IMG/VR virus record: IMGVR_UViG_3300005529_000024
Location: 32,001-96,000 of that record
Length of the DNA: 64,000 nt
From: a virus
Reading direction: 5' to 3' (one strand)
Part shown: positions 1 to 9,255 of the stretch, one piece after another
Position numbering within the stretch: the first letter of the stretch is position 1
How the letters are laid out: each line of letters starts with the position of its first letter
The notes under the pieces: generated by a model
The model's database searches: none
Told to the model about the DNA's origin: nothing
The model's input: the letters and a program-made list of their open reading frames with translations, nothing else
Translations under genes and position numbers: made by a program

Positions 1-2
1 AT

Positions 3-467
3 CATGAAGAATTTTTTGACGACGATGAAGAGCTAATGGATATTCGTTCTCTTAGTAATAGTAATGAAGACTTTATCAGAAAGGTTAAAGAAGCAGACTT
101 ATTTGATAAGCTCGAACGTTTAGCACGAGAACATGCATGGGCTGATCCAGATCTATACAGCATAGCTTGGGATGATGAGAAAGAAAATATAACCGCTACT
201 ATCAATGAAATGAATCCTGATGGTCACTGGTACGCTCATTCTGAAGCTCTTACTTGGCGGCGTGTTCCTGGTTGGAAGAGATTCGATGCCTCTGATGGGC
301 AAGAATTTCTTATGAATGTTCTTCCTAATACATCTAGTCTTACTTATAAGCTTTATAAGACAGGACCCAAAGAATTACAACTTATGGTATGGCATCATGA
401 TGCCCCTACTGGAGAATCGATGGTTATTGAAGTTGATCATGGGGATAATGAACCAGAACAGGATTAA
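3..467 (+). CDS. Hypothetical acidic protein, probably 5'-truncated by the window edge
   Basis: Frame is open from base 3 (HEEFFDDDEEL) into the 36..467 ORF. Confidence 0.6.
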   Translation, partial: HEEFFDDDEELMDIRSLSNSNEDFIRKVKEADLFDKLERLAREHAWADPDLYSIAWDDEKENITATINEMNPDGHWYAHSEALTWRRVPGWKRFDASDGQEFLMNVLPNTSSLTYKLYKTGPKELQLMVWHHDAPTGESMVIEVDHGDNEPEQD

Positions 468-469
468 AA

Positions 470-724
470 ATGGATGCAAAGAAAGTTGTTGATAATCTTC
501 TGAATGAAGATGAAAGTGATATGACTTATCACGAAGATTATGAAGAGACTGTCGAACGATTAGTACGTGGCATCCAAAAAGCTATCGTAGCTGAAGCAAC
601 ACGATTACATAACTCCTATAATCTTCGTGATTCTCTTACTAAAGAAGATATAATGTTCAATCTTCTAGATCATGTTTTAAATCTTGATAGCCGAGAATGG
701 AATACTAATTGGAGAGAGAAATAA
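470..724 (+). CDS. Small protein with putative capsid-targeting N-terminus
   Basis: MDAKKVVDNLLNE. Confidence 0.6.
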   Translation: MDAKKVVDNLLNEDESDMTYHEDYEETVERLVRGIQKAIVAEATRLHNSYNLRDSLTKEDIMFNLLDHVLNLDSREWNTNWREK

Positions 725-1020
725 TGGATACAAAGAAGATTGTCGATCAGCTATTAGAAGCTGAGATCGGAATCGCTCCTGGTCTTGAATTCTCTAAGCC
801 TGAAGATTCCAAGATGCGTCGGTTTGTTCTTGTTCGTGATGAGGATGTCCATAATAAGAGTGGTGAGGGTATCGTCGCTGAAGGTGTTGAGTTCTCAGAT
901 GGTACTGTCGCTATGCGTTGGCTGACTAAGACAGCGAGCACTACAATTTTTAAAAACGTGGCTGAGCTTGAAAAAATTCATGGTCATGAAGGAAAAAGTA
1001 ACGTAAGGTGGATTGATTAA
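724..1020 (+). CDS. Conserved phage hypothetical protein with putative capsid-targeting N-terminus
   Basis: TAATG overlap start; MDTKKIVDQLLEAE followed by RRFVLVRDEDV..SGEGIVAEGVEFSDG..IHGHEG domain. Confidence 0.65.
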   Translation: MDTKKIVDQLLEAEIGIAPGLEFSKPEDSKMRRFVLVRDEDVHNKSGEGIVAEGVEFSDGTVAMRWLTKTASTTIFKNVAELEKIHGHEGKSNVRWID

Positions 1021-1308
1021 ATGAGAATCAAAGAGACGATAAATAGTTTATTTGAAGCGGACTTTTATGATGTGCATTCCAAGGTTATGCACATCCTTGA
1101 TATGTACGGTCTGACAAGAGAGAGCTTCATGTCGAAGACTAAGAATGCAGACAAGCATATCAATGAGCTTGTTAAGGTCTTAACAGAAGCATCTTCTGAT
1201 GAAGATAAAGATTCAGCTATTCGTACTTTTTGTTCTGTACTTCGTGATTCAGGTTATCATAACACTATCGTTGATAAAATAGAGTCTGATTTAATTGATG
1301 AGTTCTAA
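1021..1308 (+). CDS. Small protein with putative capsid-targeting N-terminus
   Basis: MRIKETINSLFEAD. Confidence 0.6.
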   Translation: MRIKETINSLFEADFYDVHSKVMHILDMYGLTRESFMSKTKNADKHINELVKVLTEASSDEDKDSAIRTFCSVLRDSGYHNTIVDKIESDLIDEF

Positions 1309-1310
1309 AA

Positions 1311-1640
1311 ATGAAACTGATAGACCTTGAGCCTAGATTATTTCGTTTAGCGGATATAAATGGAGACTCTGCGTCTTTAGAAAGGGTAGACAGTTTAGCT
1401 GAAGCTCAAGGCATTAGATTTGTTTGTCCAAAATGCTTCGTTAGTAATAATGGTCCTATAGGCACTCATTATATCATATGTCTTTTTAGAGATAAAGGCA
1501 TCCCAAATAATATAATGCAAACCATAGCTAGATGGTTTGTATCCGGTAAAGATTTTTCTGATCTAACTCTAACACCATCCATACTTCTTCCTGATAATTG
1601 CATGTGGCATGGTTTTATAACTAATGGTATGATTTTATGA
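1311..1640 (+). CDS. DUF6527-like small Cys/His protein
   Basis: CPKC..H..W..SG...LTLTPSI....C.WHGFITNG pattern. Confidence 0.5.
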   Translation: MKLIDLEPRLFRLADINGDSASLERVDSLAEAQGIRFVCPKCFVSNNGPIGTHYIICLFRDKGIPNNIMQTIARWFVSGKDFSDLTLTPSILLPDNCMWHGFITNGMIL

Positions 1641-2572
1641 GCAATATACTATACGTGGACCAAGAGGAGCGCGTATCAAAGATAACTCCTGGAAGTGAAG
1701 AGGCTTCACCTCCTGCGCTTATCTCTCCAGAGGGTGATACTATATTTATCGATTATCATGTAATGCATGATGAAGCATTGTACGCACTTGGATTTAGATA
1801 CGGTATCGATGAGGCAATCAAGAAACATAAATGGGTTCGTGTTGTATCGTTTGATGAATTTCAACTCCCTGAATTAACTGTAAAGTATCTTGGTCTAGTC
1901 GATGACTTCATCAGCACCTATGGCTACATGAATTCTGATAAGCTCATAATCGATTTCTACGCTGGTGTTAAACTATATACTATTGAGATCTCTAAAGATG
2001 ATTATGACGATAGAGGATTGATTGGTGCTGTTAGAAATGAACTACGTCACCATGAACAGAATGCGCTTCTTGCTAGATGCCCCAAACCTATAATCACTTC
2101 TATCATGAAGTCAATGGGTATGGAGAGTGGGAAAGCTGTTAAAGAAGCTGTAGAGAAATTGTTTGAGCGAGAGAAAATTCTTCCTACGCATTTCTCTATC
2201 CTTTCTGCTCAGAAGGGTCTTTTACATGATGAGGAAGCACATAAGTCTTTGTTGCGTACTCTAACTAATTCTGGCTTTAAAAATATTATTCCTGTCGATG
2301 GGCATTATGGGAATCCGGAGAAATCAGTTATAGTTGTTCATACAGGTTCTGCTGCAAATAAAAAGAAGCTTGAGAATATCGCTCTTAATATTTTCGATCA
2401 AGAATCTATTATACATTCTGATGATTTAAAAAATGTTCTTGTGTATAATGATGGACAGAAACTTTCAGGTGCTGGTATAGAGATAGACGATACATTTAGC
2501 GATTTCTATACCGTCTTACCAAATGGTATTAAATTTAGATTAGGTATTAATCATTTTTCACATGTCGGATAA
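1637..2572 (+). CDS. Two-domain protein: GW-P-G-like domain plus SAM-lyase/DUF3293-like domain
   Basis: C-terminal FSILSA...GHYGNPEKS...FDQESII, preceded by AVKEAVEKLFE tag. Confidence 0.55.
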   Translation: MSNILYVDQEERVSKITPGSEEASPPALISPEGDTIFIDYHVMHDEALYALGFRYGIDEAIKKHKWVRVVSFDEFQLPELTVKYLGLVDDFISTYGYMNSDKLIIDFYAGVKLYTIEISKDDYDDRGLIGAVRNELRHHEQNALLARCPKPIITSIMKSMGMESGKAVKEAVEKLFEREKILPTHFSILSAQKGLLHDEEAHKSLLRTLTNSGFKNIIPVDGHYGNPEKSVIVVHTGSAANKKKLENIALNIFDQESIIHSDDLKNVLVYNDGQKLSGAGIEIDDTFSDFYTVLPNGIKFRLGINHFSHVG

Positions 2573-2573
2573 A

Positions 2574-3248
2574 ATGGATATTAAAAGCTATATAGATAAG
2601 TTGTTTGAATCTGGTGATATCTTTTTAGCTGAAAAATTAGTTCTGAAGGATTATAAAGATTTTTCAAAGCTAGTCGCACAAGCTTACTTAGCTAGACCTG
2701 ATTACGAATCTCAGTATGCATCTTCCTGGAAAGCTTTAATCCCGTTCATTGAAAAGATGTTTAATCAGATCTCTTCGAAGGTTGATGTTGAATTTACAGA
2801 TGCTGATCCCTACAAATCCTCGAAAGCATTACGAAGGGATATCGAGCAGAACAGTAGGCTAAAAGTTTGGACTGGCGCATCTAATCATCCGATTTTTACT
2901 GAAGAACAAAACTGGAAGTTCCGAGCGATCCATGATTATATGACACATGCTACTGGTAAGCATCCTTTCTCGCTTAGGGGAGAAATTGGTGCATACAATA
3001 GACATGTAAAGACTATTCCTGTCGAAGGAAGACTTGCATTATTCACAGAGGTAATCGGTCAGGTATCTACATATTTCGAGACTTCATCGCATCCACCACA
3101 GAAGATTTGCAAGCTCTGGGGTTTTGATTACGTAAACGTTGGAAACGTGGATGAAGAAGAATATAAGAAGAACTTCCCAGATCAAGAAGATAAACCAGTT
3201 CCTGATGAAGATAAAATAACTACTGATGATCAAGAAGGTAATGTATGA
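2574..3248 (+). CDS. Zincin-like (HDxxxH) protein with putative capsid-targeting N-terminus
   Basis: MDIKSYIDKLFES; FRAIHDYMTH...RGE..AY..H...LFTE..GQ. Confidence 0.55.
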   Translation: MDIKSYIDKLFESGDIFLAEKLVLKDYKDFSKLVAQAYLARPDYESQYASSWKALIPFIEKMFNQISSKVDVEFTDADPYKSSKALRRDIEQNSRLKVWTGASNHPIFTEEQNWKFRAIHDYMTHATGKHPFSLRGEIGAYNRHVKTIPVEGRLALFTEVIGQVSTYFETSSHPPQKICKLWGFDYVNVGNVDEEEYKKNFPDQEDKPVPDEDKITTDDQEGNV

Positions 3249-3673
3249 GATACGGTTGGCTTAATCCTAAAGGAGAATTTCTTTCTCTTGAAGGAAGTAC
3301 ACATGATAAGTTCATCCAGAAACATGGTTTCAGTGATCCTAGACCTGAACAGGCAGTTCGTGATGCGATTAATGCTGGTTGGGTTCGAATGCATGCTAGC
3401 GATTTAAACAAAGAGCTTAGCTTTCAATTTAATGGATCGGATGAATCTTACAGGCACATAGGATATTTCATCAGCGATCATCCTGAGACTAGTAATTATC
3501 TTATCGCGCTTGATTCTCCAGATGGCTTTGTTAATGAATTGGACCCTGAAGATATTATAAAGTATGGCGCTAAACGTGCAGCTAAGCGTATATTAGTTGG
3601 TGCAGGTTTTGGTGCTAACTATGGCGAAAGCAAGACAGTAAAAAATTACGTTGACAATTTATTTACGGATTAG
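3245..3673 (+). CDS. GW-x-x-P-x-G / GW-x-R domain protein with C-terminal tag-like motif
   Basis: YGWLNPKGEF..H..AINAGWVR; ends TVKNYVDNLFTD. Confidence 0.55.
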   Translation: MRYGWLNPKGEFLSLEGSTHDKFIQKHGFSDPRPEQAVRDAINAGWVRMHASDLNKELSFQFNGSDESYRHIGYFISDHPETSNYLIALDSPDGFVNELDPEDIIKYGAKRAAKRILVGAGFGANYGESKTVKNYVDNLFTD

Positions 3674-3676
3674 AAA

Positions 3677-4063
3677 ATGGGAATAAAGAAAACTATTGAT
3701 GAGATGTTCGAAGCCAAAAAGAAGATGAAAGCATTGGTTCGGTATGGGACCAATAAGCTCGAACCTGATACCTGGAGAAAAGTTCTCTACCATTCTGAGG
3801 ATGAAGAACTTCTGCATTCTGAAGCTGAGCGATTGAATAAGAAATATCCTGATCTTGATTTCAAGGTTGAAGATGATGAGATCGATGAAGCATCTGATTG
3901 GTTTGTATACGATGTCTTTCTTCATGGTAAAGAGATTGATACTCTCTTCTTCTCTACAGAACAAGACTTAGAAGATCTGAAACGCAGTCTTGTAAATCAT
4001 GATGGATATGATCCGGAAATTGAAGTAAAACTATACAAGGGGAAGAAGAAGCATAGTAAATAA
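3677..4063 (+). CDS. Protein with putative capsid-targeting N-terminus
   Basis: MGIKKTIDEMFEA. Confidence 0.6.
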   Translation: MGIKKTIDEMFEAKKKMKALVRYGTNKLEPDTWRKVLYHSEDEELLHSEAERLNKKYPDLDFKVEDDEIDEASDWFVYDVFLHGKEIDTLFFSTEQDLEDLKRSLVNHDGYDPEIEVKLYKGKKKHSK

Positions 4064-4074
4064 GCGAGGAGGGA

Positions 4075-4266
4075 ATGCAGATGGAACATAAGTTCACAAC
4101 AATTGAAGAATTGATTTTGATGGGGGCCGATACTGAGGAATGGAACCTACCATTAAAACAAACTGTGATCGTTTCTGAAGACGGTAGTGTTGATCTTCCC
4201 AATGGATCTGAAGTTGATGGACCTTGTGAGCTAATCGCAAAACTCTTTCCTCATATGGAGCAATAG
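4075..4266 (+). CDS. Small hypothetical protein
   Basis: ORF with GAGGAGG SD. Confidence 0.55.
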   Translation: MQMEHKFTTIEELILMGADTEEWNLPLKQTVIVSEDGSVDLPNGSEVDGPCELIAKLFPHMEQ

Positions 4267-4267
4267 A

Positions 4268-4780
4268 ATGAGTTTACTGAAGAAATATTTCTCAGTACTA
4301 TCTGAAGCTGGAACATTTCTGAATGGCTGGATTAATCCCTCTGGTGATTTTGTTGATGAGCCTGTGTCAGATCCTATTACTGCTGATGATATCAAGACCA
4401 ATCTTCAAAAGTTAAAGTCTGGTTGGATTAAAGTTACGACTCCCTCACAAAAAGTTCTCGGTTTTGAATTCTTTGATACAACAGCAAAGAGTCTTTCAAA
4501 TATAGAAATATTCCTTGTTAAGCATCAAGCTGTTATTGATGCTAGTATGCTTTATCTTCTAGCGGTTGATAGTGATCATGGTTATATTATTTCACTTAAT
4601 GATGCTATCAAGTTAGGTGTCAAGCAAGCCTTGGATAAAGAGAGCAAAGAGGCACATTCAAGTGAAGACTCAATTCCTAAGACTGAATCTACGGTTAATT
4701 CTGATCTTGATTCTCTTTTAGCTGAACTCGCAAGGAATGAAGGAAAAGTTTCTGAAGTAATGAGCAAGATTTTTTCTTAA
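4268..4780 (+). CDS. GW-x-x-P-x-G domain paralog
   Basis: MSLLKKYFSVLSEAG; GWINPSGDF...SGWIKV. Confidence 0.55.
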   Translation: MSLLKKYFSVLSEAGTFLNGWINPSGDFVDEPVSDPITADDIKTNLQKLKSGWIKVTTPSQKVLGFEFFDTTAKSLSNIEIFLVKHQAVIDASMLYLLAVDSDHGYIISLNDAIKLGVKQALDKESKEAHSSEDSIPKTESTVNSDLDSLLAELARNEGKVSEVMSKIFS

Positions 4781-4789
4781 GGATATGAA

Positions 4790-5221
4790 ATGGGAATAAG
4801 AGCTACAAGTTATACCGGATCAATCATTGATGGTTTATATGAGGCTGAAGTACCAGTTCCGAATATCTCACTGAAGATTGAACCAGTCACAGCACAAAAT
4901 TGGGATGAAGATCCATCTACTTGGTCGCCTACTCCTTATGTCTTGATCATCTCCCCAGAAGAGAATTTCTCTCTAGATAAACATGTGCTTAATGGTCCTA
5001 TTCTAAAGTATCTAAACGAGCTTGATTTTAAGACGCATAGAGAACATGGATCTATTACTGGTAGAGGCTTGATACAAGATGAATATGTTGAGGTAAAAAA
5101 TTATCATAAGTCTGAGATTTGGAAATTCGTTTCAGCGAATAAAGATACACTCAATACATTAAAGGAAGAGATCGTTGAGATCTTATCTGATCTTAGATAT
5201 AATCTTCAAGTGGAATCCTAA
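4790..5221 (+). CDS. Hypothetical protein with tag-like N-terminus
   Basis: SIIDGLYEAE. Confidence 0.5.
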   Translation: MGIRATSYTGSIIDGLYEAEVPVPNISLKIEPVTAQNWDEDPSTWSPTPYVLIISPEENFSLDKHVLNGPILKYLNELDFKTHREHGSITGRGLIQDEYVEVKNYHKSEIWKFVSANKDTLNTLKEEIVEILSDLRYNLQVES

Positions 5222-5445
5222 TGAGCATTAAAGAAACAGTTGATAGGATGTTCGAGCATCAGTATGGTCTTGTGCAGGGTCCTCTTGATGATGAGGAAAA
5301 TACGTGTCAAAACCCTTGTGATCCTAATTCTGATTGTGAGAAATGCGCTGATTACTGGCAACGTATGAGTGACGAAGGTATGTGGGATAAGCAGAAACAT
5401 CGTTGGACCGATAAAGGTTGGGATGAAATCTTTAGGCACTTATAA
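5221..5445 (+). CDS. Small Cys-rich protein with putative capsid-targeting N-terminus
   Basis: MSIKETVDRMFE; C-x3-C-x5-C-x2-C. Confidence 0.6.
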   Translation: MSIKETVDRMFEHQYGLVQGPLDDEENTCQNPCDPNSDCEKCADYWQRMSDEGMWDKQKHRWTDKGWDEIFRHL

Positions 5446-5460
5446 ATAAAAGGTTAAAAA

Positions 5461-5970
5461 ATGATACTATCTTTAGAGCAAAGATTTTTTGTAATTACAC
5501 AATCTGGTGATGAGGATCTCTTCTTAGTAGATCTATCCGTACCACAAGGCAATACTGGAAATGGCTACGTGGTTCAGAAAACAGATCTGTGCTTCATGGC
5601 AAGCAATCGTGGTCCTGGTTCTGTGGTAATCCACTTCTATGATAGCGACGATGGATTAAACTTCAGTTCTCTTGTTTCTGCTACCATCGTTGATGGTGGA
5701 TCTCTTCCTGTTATCGTCTCAACCTCCAAACGATTCTTGAAGTGTACAGGAAATGGTTTACAAGCTCGCTTTGATATGTTTGCTATTGGTGATTCTAAGA
5801 GTTTCGGTAATGAAGCTTTTGCTGATTTCACACAGCTTTTGGATATCGTTAGTCGATCAATCGTTAATTATAGCATCGGTGGTACTGCTAAACAATCTCG
5901 TGTACTTAATTATGGCGTTGGTTCGACAGTAGTACAATTGCGTTTAATTAATACAGAAGCACATAGCTAA
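5461..5970 (+). CDS. Putative beta-sandwich virion (decoration-like) protein
   Basis: FYDSDDG motif similar to FRESDDG in 6520..7017. Confidence 0.4.
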   Translation: MILSLEQRFFVITQSGDEDLFLVDLSVPQGNTGNGYVVQKTDLCFMASNRGPGSVVIHFYDSDDGLNFSSLVSATIVDGGSLPVIVSTSKRFLKCTGNGLQARFDMFAIGDSKSFGNEAFADFTQLLDIVSRSIVNYSIGGTAKQSRVLNYGVGSTVVQLRLINTEAHS

Positions 5971-5980
5971 AGGATAAAAA

Positions 5981-6490
5981 ATGCCACCACCTAAAGATCC
6001 TAATAGATATAAAGAATATTGTGAAAAATTTATGGGAAATACTAATGGATCTTTTGGTGCTGGTATCCAGAAACCATCTCTTATAGGTAACAAAAACGCA
6101 TCTGGGCATAAAGGTGAAAAACATTGGAAATGGAATCCGACAATACCTACAAACGTTAGATGGAGTAGAGCGGCACAACATTTTTGGAAACGTACTGGAA
6201 TAATTATTACCGAAGAAATGTATAACGAACGTTGTAAATATAACTCTAATTGTTGTGAAATTTGCGGTCTTCCTGAAAGTCAAAATATAATAAATGGAAA
6301 GAATATAGCATTGAGTTTTGATCATGACTATATAGCTAAGCGTTGGAGAGGACTTCTTTGTTCTTTCTGTAATCAACATAGACTTCCTTTTTATGAAAGA
6401 CGAAGTAGGCAGTTTAAGAAAGATATTACTATAGAAGAATATCTTGATGAAACTAATTGGCCTCTTCCATATCAGACAAATGCAATATAA
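5981..6490 (+). CDS. Endonuclease VII-family (HNH-like) homing-type endonuclease
   Basis: CEICG..LSFDHD...RGLLCSFCN; N-terminal GEKHWKW NUMOD-like motif. Confidence 0.85.
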   Translation: MPPPKDPNRYKEYCEKFMGNTNGSFGAGIQKPSLIGNKNASGHKGEKHWKWNPTIPTNVRWSRAAQHFWKRTGIIITEEMYNERCKYNSNCCEICGLPESQNIINGKNIALSFDHDYIAKRWRGLLCSFCNQHRLPFYERRSRQFKKDITIEEYLDETNWPLPYQTNAI

Positions 6491-6519
6491 GCTTGTAATA
6501 TTTTTAAAGGAGTAATAAC

Positions 6520-7017
6520 GTGAGAATTGTTTTTGACCACAAAAGATTTTTTGCTCCACCAAAGGGTGAGGCTGGAGGCTACGGTGGTAGTGGTGGTAAT
6601 ACCAACCGTCTCTTTAAGTTGGATCTAGCACAGGCACAAGGTAGCGTCCCAGATATCACGAATTATCGTACTGAGAATCCTCCAAAGGTTATCTACTCTT
6701 CATTTAATGCTCAGCTAACCAATGTTGGTCATACATCATTAAACACGCAATTAGATGGATTTAGTCCAGCTTCTGGTGTTGCTCCTGCTACCATGGAAGT
6801 TAAATTCCGTGAGTCAGATGATGGTACTACCTGGGATGATATCGCTGGTACAGATAATACTATCGTTCCTTTTGGTTCTGTGAATTTTGATTTCACCACA
6901 CAGAAGAGATACATTGAATTGTATTGGGTGTCTGGTAATTCTTCTGTTGATGTATTCCTAGCACATGATACCGAGACTGACATTGCTGGTGGTTACAGTA
7001 AAGATTCAGTTGGTTAA
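6520..7017 (+). CDS. Putative virion decoration/cement-like protein
   Basis: GTG start with AAGGAG SD; VKFRESDDGTTWDDIAG..KRYI beta-sandwich pattern. Confidence 0.45.
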   Translation: MRIVFDHKRFFAPPKGEAGGYGGSGGNTNRLFKLDLAQAQGSVPDITNYRTENPPKVIYSSFNAQLTNVGHTSLNTQLDGFSPASGVAPATMEVKFRESDDGTTWDDIAGTDNTIVPFGSVNFDFTTQKRYIELYWVSGNSSVDVFLAHDTETDIAGGYSKDSVG

Positions 7018-7070
7018 TGTTCACTAAATCTCAATGTTCACATTTTGTGAACAAGAGAAAAAGATGAACA
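7018..7070. other. Nested imperfect inverted repeat
   Basis: TGTTCA..TCTC..TGTTCAC-ATTTT-GTGAACA..GAGA..TGAACA. Confidence 0.5.
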
Positions 7071-7095
7071 CTCCTAAAAGAATGGATTAAGAAAA

Positions 7096-7359
7096 ATGAA
7101 CACAAAGAAAATTGTTGAGAATCTACTTAATGAATCTACAGTTGAACCGTTTACTAACGCTTCTTGGGTCGGTGATTATAAGGAAGACATGAAGTTTGTT
7201 CATGCACAGCTTAAGCCTATCTATGATAGATTCAAGGATCGTGCTCGCATGGATCAAGAAGAATTAGATAATATGTTTAACGAACTTGAGCATAGAATTG
7301 ATGAGAATCTATTCAGTGCCTACCAAGAAAAGAATGCCAAAACGAGTAAGAAAGGTTAA
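7096..7359 (+). CDS. Small protein with putative capsid-targeting N-terminus
   Basis: MNTKKIVENLLNES. Confidence 0.6.
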   Translation: MNTKKIVENLLNESTVEPFTNASWVGDYKEDMKFVHAQLKPIYDRFKDRARMDQEELDNMFNELEHRIDENLFSAYQEKNAKTSKKG

Positions 7360-7361
7360 AA

Positions 7362-8024
7362 ATGTTAAAAGAATATATTGATAGTATGTTCGAAAGAGAT
7401 GAAGAAGATAGCACATACGAAAAGCTTTGTCCTAAATGTGATTCACCTATGGAGTTACTTCATCCTGATTATTGGACATGTATGCGCTGTGATGCTACAG
7501 TTCCTCATAAGGAAGTTGATGAGGCTGAGCCTAAGAATCGTGCAACCAGGACTGGATGGAGAGAACCTGAAGGAGATGATGAGGATGATTTTGATCTGAA
7601 GGTTCTTCATCGTGGTTACAATCCTGATCGTCTTACTCTTTCTATAAGTGGTAAGCCATATACTTTCTATGCTGAGCCGGAAGTCATTGAGAGATTCCAT
7701 AAGATCTTTAATCTCGGATCGAAGGGTCAAGCTCTTGCTTATTTGAAAGATAACGATATGAAGGATCGTATCATTGTCATGGAGTTTGATAAAGACATTG
7801 ATGCTGGAACAGCACAGTCTCTTCTGGATACTCTTGCTGATAAGCACCTTATTCCAAGTGTGGATTTCAGCACAAAGACAGCTTCAGCAATCATCTACTA
7901 TGCAGATCCAATTGATTTAACCCATTATAACCTAATCCGCAATAGTGTAAAGCTTGAAGGATTTACTGCTGAAGACGTTACTAAACCTAAAGCTAAGTTC
8001 TTTATGATGAAGGTTCATAAATAA
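7362..8024 (+). CDS. Zn-ribbon multi-module protein with putative capsid-targeting N-terminus
   Basis: MLKEYIDSMFE; CPKC..CMRC. Confidence 0.55.
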   Translation: MLKEYIDSMFERDEEDSTYEKLCPKCDSPMELLHPDYWTCMRCDATVPHKEVDEAEPKNRATRTGWREPEGDDEDDFDLKVLHRGYNPDRLTLSISGKPYTFYAEPEVIERFHKIFNLGSKGQALAYLKDNDMKDRIIVMEFDKDIDAGTAQSLLDTLADKHLIPSVDFSTKTASAIIYYADPIDLTHYNLIRNSVKLEGFTAEDVTKPKAKFFMMKVHK

Positions 8025-8446
8025 TGAACAAGGATTATTACTCAATACTCGGTGTACAGCCTGGTGCTTCTACCGATGAAATCAAAAAGGCGTATCATAA
8101 GAAAGCTCGTGAGCTTCATCCTGATTTAAATCCATCTGCTCCATTAACCAGGATTCAAGAAGTGAATGAGGCTTATGATGTATTAAGCAGCAAGCGACGT
8201 TCCATTTATGATCATGAACGTAAGCCAGCTACGCAACAAGATTATCCGAGTAATGGTTTTGATCCTAGTCTTTATGTGGACAAGTGGCATAAAGAATCCA
8301 AGTATTATAAGACTCACATTACTAAAGAGCAACCGAATTGGATGAAAGCAGAGGAAGAGCGTCTAGCAAAAGAATTTGCGAAGAAGGAAGATATCCGATC
8401 ATCCATTGGTAACATTTTTAAGAAGACTAAACCTAAAGGTAAATAA
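8024..8446 (+). CDS. DnaJ (J-domain) protein
   Basis: DYYSILGV..EIKKAY..LHPDLN..VNEAYDVLS. Confidence 0.92.
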   Translation: MNKDYYSILGVQPGASTDEIKKAYHKKARELHPDLNPSAPLTRIQEVNEAYDVLSSKRRSIYDHERKPATQQDYPSNGFDPSLYVDKWHKESKYYKTHITKEQPNWMKAEEERLAKEFAKKEDIRSSIGNIFKKTKPKGK

Positions 8447-9196
8447 ATGAGCATAAAAGACACTGTTGAAAAGATGTTTGAATCAGGCGATCTTAGAGAG
8501 GATAATATTTTCGATCTGCCTGAAGGGAATTTTACTTTAACATTCGATACTAATAAGCTCTTAGAGCTATTTGATTTACCAAAGGTTGATGATCTTGAAG
8601 CGATTACCATAGACTATTGGCCTAGTGATAGTGATCTATTAAATACAAGTAAACTTGATGTGTCCCAAGACGACGATGGTAATTTTATTGATGCTGATGA
8701 GAATCCTTTACCAGAAGAAGTGATCGATGATATAAAAAGAGCTATAATGGATGCTGTGTATTCTGGTACTATGGGACGTTATCATAAGCGCATTATATCT
8801 ACGCTTGAAGAATCATTATCTACATTTCAAGATTATAAATACGAGTATTTCCCTCTGACGGATGATGGCGAGAGAACAGCTACTGGTGTTGCTAAAGGTA
8901 TTCTAAATTTTGAAGTCTCGTTTGATGAAACCAAGATTGAATGCGCTCCGGATATTGTTCACATCATAAACGATTGCATTAATGGGGTTGGTGAGTTTTA
9001 TGCGACTGATGATCTTGAAGGTGATTCTGTCGAAGAGTTTGCTAAGTCTCGTTTTCACTGGTTGAACAGATATTGGGATATCTATGGTGGTGGAAAGCCA
9101 CAAGTAGATACTGACAATATCGATGATTTCGATTCTGAATATTTCAGGACCTTATTAAAAGAGATCGAAACAGAACATAATGTCAAGCTAACCTAG
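8447..9196 (+). CDS. Highly acidic protein with putative capsid-targeting N-terminus
   Basis: MSIKDTVEKMFES; D/E-rich. Confidence 0.6.
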   Translation: MSIKDTVEKMFESGDLREDNIFDLPEGNFTLTFDTNKLLELFDLPKVDDLEAITIDYWPSDSDLLNTSKLDVSQDDDGNFIDADENPLPEEVIDDIKRAIMDAVYSGTMGRYHKRIISTLEESLSTFQDYKYEYFPLTDDGERTATGVAKGILNFEVSFDETKIECAPDIVHIINDCINGVGEFYATDDLEGDSVEEFAKSRFHWLNRYWDIYGGGKPQVDTDNIDDFDSEYFRTLLKEIETEHNVKLT

Positions 9197-9255
9197 TTTT
9201 ATTTTTTACTAAGTATTATAAAGTACCTAATCGGTAATATCATTGGAGTAAATAA

